DNA of 20,818 bases, from the IMG/VR virus record IMGVR_UViG_3300042900_000713, positions 103,886 to 124,703 of that record; one strand, written 5' to 3'. This DNA is from a virus (lineage: Duplodnaviria; Heunggongvirae; Uroviricota; Caudoviricetes). The position numbers and the translations under genes were made by a program. The notes beneath the pieces were generated by a model. It was not told where the DNA came from, ran no database searches, and saw nothing but the letters and a program-made list of their open reading frames with translations. Numbering within the stretch: position 1 is the first letter of the stretch; every line of letters begins with the position of its first letter. Shown in pieces: positions 15,617 through 20,818 of the stretch.

Positions 15617-18600
15617 TAGAATTCAACCTCTAGTTTTGCTACATCCTTTCTTTCTGCAAATATTGTGTAGTAATAATTCAGTTCACCCTCTTCTTTAGAG
15701 AATATTTCCACAGTATTATTTATTACTCTATTTACTCTTGGTGTTGCACTCTCACCGATTGGAGTGAGATTGACTGTAATTGTTTCTGCATCAACTAATC
15801 CAGTCCAATAATCTGGAAGTTCTATAATAGAACTTTGAGTTCTTCCTCTCACGTAAACACCAAGTTCCGGTCCTTCTAACGAACCATACTGAAGTTTCTT
15901 ACCTTCTTTTGTTGGGTGGTCGATAATGAAGGACTTTGTGGTTGCACCGAAGGAACCGACAACGTGAAGTTTGTATTGAGGATTTGTGGTTCCTATGCCG
16001 ACATTACCTGTTGTTCCTTTAACTAGAATTCCAAGTGATTGATCAGTAAATCCATTTGCTGGTTGAATTCTTATATCACCAATATCATTTCTAATTGTTA
16101 CATTATTTGCCCCACCATCTGTCGTTCTTCCAGAAGAATTAAGGAAAAAGTAAACGCCACCGCCACTTGAAACAAGTTTTAATCCAACATAAGATGCTGC
16201 ACCACTATTTGGATTATTAAATTCACTGAAATGAGAAGCGTTCTGATTTTTAAAAACTACAAGACTGTCACCTGGATTTGTTATTCCAACTCCAAGATTA
16301 CCAGAAACATAAGCACCACCAGTGACTTGAAGTCTTTGTGATGCGGTTCCTGTTGATGTTGCTGCTCCTACAAAAACATTAGCAGAACTTAAAGTATTAG
16401 TAGAAGCATTAAAGGCAAATGCTTGTGCAGTACTTCTTGCCTTTGCTGTTTGATTACTTCCAGTTCCAGCAACCATAACAGGATAAAGTGTTGTGGTTGA
16501 AGTATCATCAGTAGCATTAATAGTTGTGGATGGTCCCCCAGCACCCTGGACTCCTTGAGCACCTTGAACTCCTTGAGCACCTTGAACTCCTTGAGCACCT
16601 TGAACTCCTTGAGCACCCTGGACTCCTTGAGCACCTTGAGCACCTACATTACCAGTTCTTGAAAATTCTACTACTAATGTAGTTCCATTTGTTGGTAAAG
16701 AACCCGAAATGTGTGTTACTGGAATCTTAAAATAACCAGCAGCAGCAGTAACAGCACCAGTAACATTCCATACATTAACAATTGTTCCTACTGAAGATGC
16801 TGAAGTTATGTAAATATAACCTTTTTGAGCATTTGTAGAATCATCCCAAGTATCATACCAAGTGGTTTGAACATTTGAGTTTGAATCATTATTATCAATA
16901 AAAATTTGAGATACACTTCCTATAGTGGCATTATTATAAGCAATAACACCATTACCTGGATCTGCATCTGTAGTAGTGGTATTAAATGTATAAGGTACTC
17001 CACCTCTATTTCCTACAACTCCTTGAGCACCCTGGACTCCTTGAGCACCCTGGACTCCTTGAGCACCTTGAACACCTTGGGCACCCTGGAATCCTTGAGC
17101 ACCTTGAACACCTTGAGCACCTTGTGCTCCTTGACGACCTTGTGCACCTTGAGCACCTACATCACCTTGTCTTCCTTGAGCACCCTGGAATCCTTGAGCA
17201 CCCTGGAATCCTTGAGCACCCTGGACTCCTTGAGCACCTTGGACTCCTTGAGCACCTTGGAATCCTTGAGCACCCTGGACACCTTGAGAACCTGTTGCAC
17301 CTTGGATTCCTTGAGCACCCTGAACTCCTTGAGCACCTTGTGCACCTTGAGCACCTTGAGCACCTGTAGCACCCTGGATTCCTTGTGCTCCCTGAACTCC
17401 TTGAGCACCTTGAGCACCTTGAACACCTTGAGCACCTTGAGGACCTTGTAGTGCTGCTGTTGCTATTGATTCCCACTTAACACCAGAACCAGTAGAAAGT
17501 AATACAGAACTTGCAGTACCTACTTGATTATTAGAATCATAAAGACCAGCACGAAGTCTTATATCTCCATTTACATCAAGTTGTCTTGTTGCATTTGTGG
17601 TTCCAATACCAACAGAACCGGAAACATAAGCGCCGCCAGATACTTGTAAATTTTGTGAAGAAGTTCCTGTTGTTATTGAAGTTCCAACAACAACAACACC
17701 TTTACTCGGACTTAAAAAAGTATTACCATCATTTAAATTAATTATTATAGAATTATGTTCTATAGTAGTTCCTATAGACCTACCCTTTACTACAAATGAA
17801 TTGCCATCACCAAATCCACCGGGTCTAGTATCTAATCTAAAAATACCTCCAACTCGCCCGGTTTCAATACCTATTATTTGTGATACATTAATTCCATAAG
17901 ATAAAATTTCACCATTTACTTCTGTAAATAAAGCAGACGTAATTGTCCCAAGTCCACTAAAAATAATGCCACCATCTGTTGATGGAGTTCCTTCAGTAAT
18001 ATCTCCTATTTTTATATCACAGTCAGTATCTAAGATATGAAGTCTTGATGTTGGATTTGTGGTTCCAATGCCAACTCTTTGATTTACCGCATCATATACA
18101 AAGTTAGTTGCGCCGGCAGATACATTATTATTGTTAAAAATAACTTGAGAGTTGGAACCTGCTATTGGTCCTATGAGACCTTGAGCACCCTGGATTCCTT
18201 GTGCTCCCTGAACTCCTTGAGCACCCTGAGCACCTTGAACACCCTGGACACCTTGAGCACCTTGAGCACCCTGCACACCCTGGAATCCTTGTGCACCCTG
18301 AACACCCTGGAAACCCTGAGTACCTACTGCACCTTGAACTCCTTGTGCACCTTGAGCACCAACAGCACCTTGAATACCTTGAGCACCCTGAATGCCTTGA
18401 GCACCTTGTACACCTTGAGAACCTGTTGCACCTTGTGCTCCCTGGACTCCTTGAGCACCCTGGAATCCTTGAGCACCTTGAGCACCTTGGACTCCTTGAA
18501 CTCCTTGAGCACCTTGAACTCCTTGTGCTCCCTGGACTCCTTGAGCACCCTGGAATCCTTGTGCACCTTGGACTCCTTGAGCACCTTGGGCACCTTGACG

Positions 18601-20817
18601 ACCTTGGGCACCTTGAGGACCTTGCAATGCTATTTGTTGAATATTTGCCCAAGAAACACCAGCACCAGTAGAAATAAGAACTGAAGACGCAGTACCTACA
18701 TTATTATAAATGTCCCTTAATGTAGAATTCAATTCAATAGGACTCTCAAAAACAAAGTTTCCAGAACCATCAATTTGTGCTCTTACTGCCGCATTAGTAA
18801 CATCAACAAAACGAAGATTTGGTGTTGAAGTATTACCATAAACATCGAGATACCAAGCAGTTGCATTATCAGTTGCTCTACCAAAACTTAACTGACCACC
18901 TTCATTAGATGCATCAACTCTACCTGCCTTGATTTCTCCACCAACAACATCAAGTTTAATTCCTGCTGCTGGATTTGCTGTTCCTATACCAACACTCTGA
19001 TTTACTGCATCATATACAAAGTTAGTGGCACCTGCAGAAACATTATTGTTGTTAAAGATGATTTGTTTATTAGTACCAGCAATTGGTCCCGTTAAACCTT
19101 GAGCACCTTGAGCACCCTGGACTCCTTGAGCACCCTGGAATCCTTGAGCACCTTGAGCACCCTGGACTCCTTGAGCACCCTGGACTCCTTGAGCACCTTG
19201 AGCACCTTGAGCACCTTGAGCACCTTGAGCACCCTGAACACCTTGAACACCTTGGGCACCCTGGAATCCTTGAGCACCTTGAACACCTTGAGCACCTTGT
19301 GCTCCTTGACGACCTTGTGCACCTTGAGCACCTACATCACCTTGTCTTCCTTGAGCACCCTGGAATCCTTGAGCACCCTGGACTCCTTGAGCACCTTGGA
19401 CTCCTTGAGCACCTTGAGCACCCTGGACTCCTTGAGCACCTTGAGCACCCTGGACTCCTTGAGCACCTTGAACTCCTTGAGCACCTTGAACTCCTTGAGC
19501 ACCTTGAACTCCTTGAGCACCTTGAACTCCTTGAGCACCTTGAGCACCTTGACGACCTTGTGCACCTTGAACTCCTTGAACACCCTGAAGTGCGGCATTC
19601 TGTATTGTTGCCTTTCCTACAACAGTTCCACTTACATCATAAAGTGCAATAAAGTCACCACTTTGAGGGTCTGTAACGGTAGGTAATCCATTAATATCAA
19701 GACTTGTGGCAGTTCCAATAAATCTAGAAGCCGTGATTTGAGTATCAGTAACGTGAACTCCACCAACTGCCAAACGAACTCCATTTGGTACTTGAGTGCT
19801 TCCAATACCAACACCATAGTTGAATAGCCAGGCATCAGTAGTACCGGCACCTAAAGTACCACCTTTAATCCACATAATTTGCTTATATGTGGAAGAAATA
19901 CTATCAATACCAACAATATTAATATTAATTAATGGAGTGCCTTCGGTAGAAGCAATTGCAATACCACCGTGATTTGCCGTAGTATCAGTAGAAACATCCT
20001 GACCAAAGGCATTTGTTGTAAATCCTAATATAATATCTTTATCTTTAACAACTAGTTCATTAACAGAAATAAATGCCGTAGTACCACCAACAGTTATATT
20101 TCCAGTAACATTTAGATTTGAATTAATATTGGTAGCACCATTAACAGTGAGACCAGTAAATGTAGGAATATCAGTTAGTGTGATTGTCGCACCAACTCCA
20201 GATGCCGTTGCAGTTAGATTTCCACTTACAAAGTTGATTGAAGAAACTGAATTTGCACCACCTACAACAGAACCTTCTTCACGAATTGTAATACCAGTAA
20301 TTGCACCAGCAGAAGCAGCAGCAACCCAAGTAGGAGCAGCACCAACTCCATTTGATTGAAGAACAAATCCAGATGTACCGTTTGCTAAGAATACAGTACT
20401 ATCAGATGCAGATTGATAAGGTATATTACCAACAACACCACCTTTTAGATTAGTTGCTATACCAGCATTAGAAACATAATCAGCAATTGTGATAGTTGCC
20501 CCAGCACCAGATGCCGTTGCAGTTACATTTGGTCCTACAAAGTTAACAGAATTAACACTATCTGTAGTTCCTACAACAGAACCTTCTTCACGAATTGTAA
20601 TACCAGTAATTGCACCAGCAGAAGCAGCAGCAACCCAATCTACTCCAGAACCAGTTGATGCAAGAACTTGTCCGGGTGCTCCAGATTCATTATCCTTGTC
20701 AAAGAGAGAACCACGAAGTCTAATACCACCATTTACATCTAAGTTTGTTGTTGCATTTGTGGTTCCAATACCAACCTTACCAGTAACCTCTAATACTGTT
20801 TGATTTTCAGTATAAGA
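15616..20817 (-). CDS. Long collagen-like tail fibre, 5'-truncated by window edge (at least 1733 aa)
   Basis: The frame of the track ORF 15616..19875 stays open upstream to 20817 ([39 protein letters not shown]...YKQIMWIKG), so M19875 is internal. Four G-X-Q blocks, repeated VGIGTTN motifs, C-terminal TKSFIIDHP...LEGPE domain. Confidence 0.9.
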   Translation of the reverse strand, partial: SYTENQTVLEVTGKVGIGTTNATTNLDVNGGIRLRGSLFDKDNESGAPGQVLASTGSGVDWVAAASAGAITGITIREEGSVVGTTDSVNSVNFVGPNVTATASGAGATITIADYVSNAGIATNLKGGVVGNIPYQSASDSTVFLANGTSGFVLQSNGVGAAPTWVAAASAGAITGITIREEGSVVGGANSVSSINFVSGNLTATASGVGATITLTDIPTFTGLTVNGATNINSNLNVTGNITVGGTTAFISVNELVVKDKDIILGFTTNAFGQDVSTDTTANHGGIAIASTEGTPLININIVGIDSISSTYKQIMWIKGGTLGAGTTDAWLFNYGVGIGSTQVPNGVRLAVGGVHVTDTQITASRFIGTATSLDINGLPTVTDPQSGDFIALYDVSGTVVGKATIQNAALQGVQGVQGAQGRQGAQGAQGVQGAQGVQGAQGVQGAQGVQGAQGVQGAQGAQGVQGAQGAQGVQGAQGVQGAQGFQGAQGRQGDVGAQGAQGRQGAQGAQGVQGAQGFQGAQGVQGVQGAQGAQGAQGAQGAQGVQGAQGVQGAQGAQGFQGAQGVQGAQGAQGLTGPIAGTNKQIIFNNNNVSAGATNFVYDAVNQSVGIGTANPAAGIKLDVVGGEIKAGRVDASNEGGQLSFGRATDNATAWYLDVYGNTSTPNLRFVDVTNAAVRAQIDGSGNFVFESPIELNSTLRDIYNNVGTASSVLISTGAGVSWANIQQIALQGPQGAQGRQGAQGAQGVQGAQGFQGAQGVQGAQGVQGAQGVQGVQGAQGAQGFQGAQGVQGAQGATGSQGVQGAQGIQGAQGIQGAVGAQGAQGVQGAVGTQGFQGVQGAQGFQGVQGAQGAQGVQGVQGAQGAQGVQGAQGIQGAQGLIGPIAGSNSQVIFNNNNVSAGATNFVYDAVNQRVGIGTTNPTSRLHILDTDCDIKIGDITEGTPSTDGGIIFSGLGTITSALFTEVNGEILSYGINVSQIIGIETGRVGGIFRLDTRPGGFGDGNSFVVKGRSIGTTIEHNSIIINLNDGNTFLSPSKGVVVVGTSITTGTSSQNLQVSGGAYVSGSVGIGTTNATRQLDVNGDIRLRAGLYDSNNQVGTASSVLLSTGSGVKWESIATAALQGPQGAQGVQGAQGAQGVQGAQGIQGATGAQGAQGAQGAQGVQGAQGIQGATGSQGVQGAQGFQGAQGVQGAQGVQGAQGFQGAQGFQGAQGRQGDVGAQGAQGRQGAQGAQGVQGAQGFQGAQGVQGAQGVQGAQGVQGAQGVVGNRGGVPYTFNTTTTDADPGNGVIAYNNATIGSVSQIFIDNNDSNSNVQTTWYDTWDDSTNAQKGYIYITSASSVGTIVNVWNVTGAVTAAAGYFKIPVTHISGSLPTNGTTLVVEFSRTGNVGAQGAQGVQGAQGVQGAQGVQGAQGVQGAQGVQGAGGPSTTINATDDTSTTTLYPVMVAGTGSNQTAKARSTAQAFAFNASTNTLSSANVFVGAATSTGTASQRLQVTGGAYVSGNLGVGITNPGDSLVVFKNQNASHFSEFNNPNSGAASYVGLKLVSSGGGVYFFLNSSGRTTDGGANNVTIRNDIGDIRIQPANGFTDQSLGILVKGTTGNVGIGTTNPQYKLHVVGSFGATTKSFIIDHPTKEGKKLQYGSLEGPELGVYVRGRTQSSIIELPDYWTGLVDAETITVNLTPIGESATPRVNRVINNTVEIFSKEEGELNYYYTIFAERKDVAKLEVEF
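16535..16653 (-). repeat. Collagen-like block 4 (~13 triplets)
   Basis: 9-bp periodic G-X-Q. Confidence 0.9.
17003..17450 (-). repeat. Collagen-like block 3 (~49 triplets)
   Basis: 9-bp periodic G-X-Q. Confidence 0.92.
17064..19382. repeat. Perfect 144-bp direct repeat, copies at 17064-17207 and 19239-19382
   Basis: Base-by-base comparison shows identical copies, including the distinctive GRQ-GDV triplets; offset 2175 bp = 725 codons. Confidence 0.88.
18165..18625 (-). repeat. Collagen-like block 2 (~50 triplets)
   Basis: 9-bp periodic G-X-Q. Confidence 0.92.
19085..19587 (-). repeat. Collagen-like block 1 (~55 triplets)
   Basis: 9-bp periodic G-X-Q. Confidence 0.92.
20261..20638. repeat. 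Perfect 69-bp direct repeat, copies at 20261-20329 and 20570-20638 ([23 protein letters not shown])
   Basis: Identical sequence, offset 309 bp = 103 codons. Confidence 0.88.
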
Positions 20818-20818
20818 A

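Noticed and set aside
12271-19686. Many alternate-frame and antisense ORFs with periodic text ([23 protein letters not shown])
   Set aside because: By-products of the 9-bp G-X-Q collagen periodicity, which lacks stops in other frames. They start and end with the repeat blocks and have no independent signals.
19873-19875. ORF-track start MWIKGG of the long fibre
   Set aside because: The frame is open for a further 314 codons to the window edge with fibre-like sequence; this Met is internal.
20129-20803. Plus-strand ORFs 20129..20359 and 20489..20803 sharing a repeat
   Set aside because: Antisense reading of the fibre gene; the shared text is the 69-bp duplication.
1-20818. tRNA, rRNA, intrinsic terminators, integrase or transposase
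   Set aside because: Essentially no non-coding space (largest gap 25 nt), and no GC hairpin plus U-tract or such motifs recognised by eye.

Overview
AT-rich window with all credible genes on the minus strand, packed head-to-tail (ATGA/TAATG overlaps or gaps of 25 nt or less). The gene content (collagen-like tail fibres with VGIGTTN-type motifs, peptidase S74 chaperone, DUF4376-like protein) points to the tail-fibre/accessory island of a large tailed phage, probably T4-like/cyanophage-like. That assignment is inferred from gene style, because no hallmark core gene is in the window. Order of transcription (right to left): (1) a collagen-like long fibre of at least 1733 aa, open past the window edge; (2) an unannotated 52-aa ORF; (3) an 819-aa G8/beta-helix-like protein; (4) a shorter collagen fibre with an S74 chaperone; (5) RCC1/BLIP-II-like 7-repeat propeller A; (6) DUF4376-like protein; (7) propeller B; (8) TPR+GT9-like protein; (9) two unknown proteins; (10) CxxCxxCC protein; (11) propeller C; (12) sulfotransferase; (13) GT-A-like protein; (14) methyltransferase-GT2-TPR-methyltransferase fusion; (15) a truncated exostosin-like ORF. 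The most striking observation is a library of 21 near-identical 153-bp propeller modules in three genes. They have a homogenised scaffold, a few hypervariable codons (almost all NNT) and signs of module swapping between genes. These genes are interleaved with a cytoplasmic glycosylation/methylation/sulfation enzyme set directly downstream of the fibres. All functional calls are motif-based by eye; no database searches were run.
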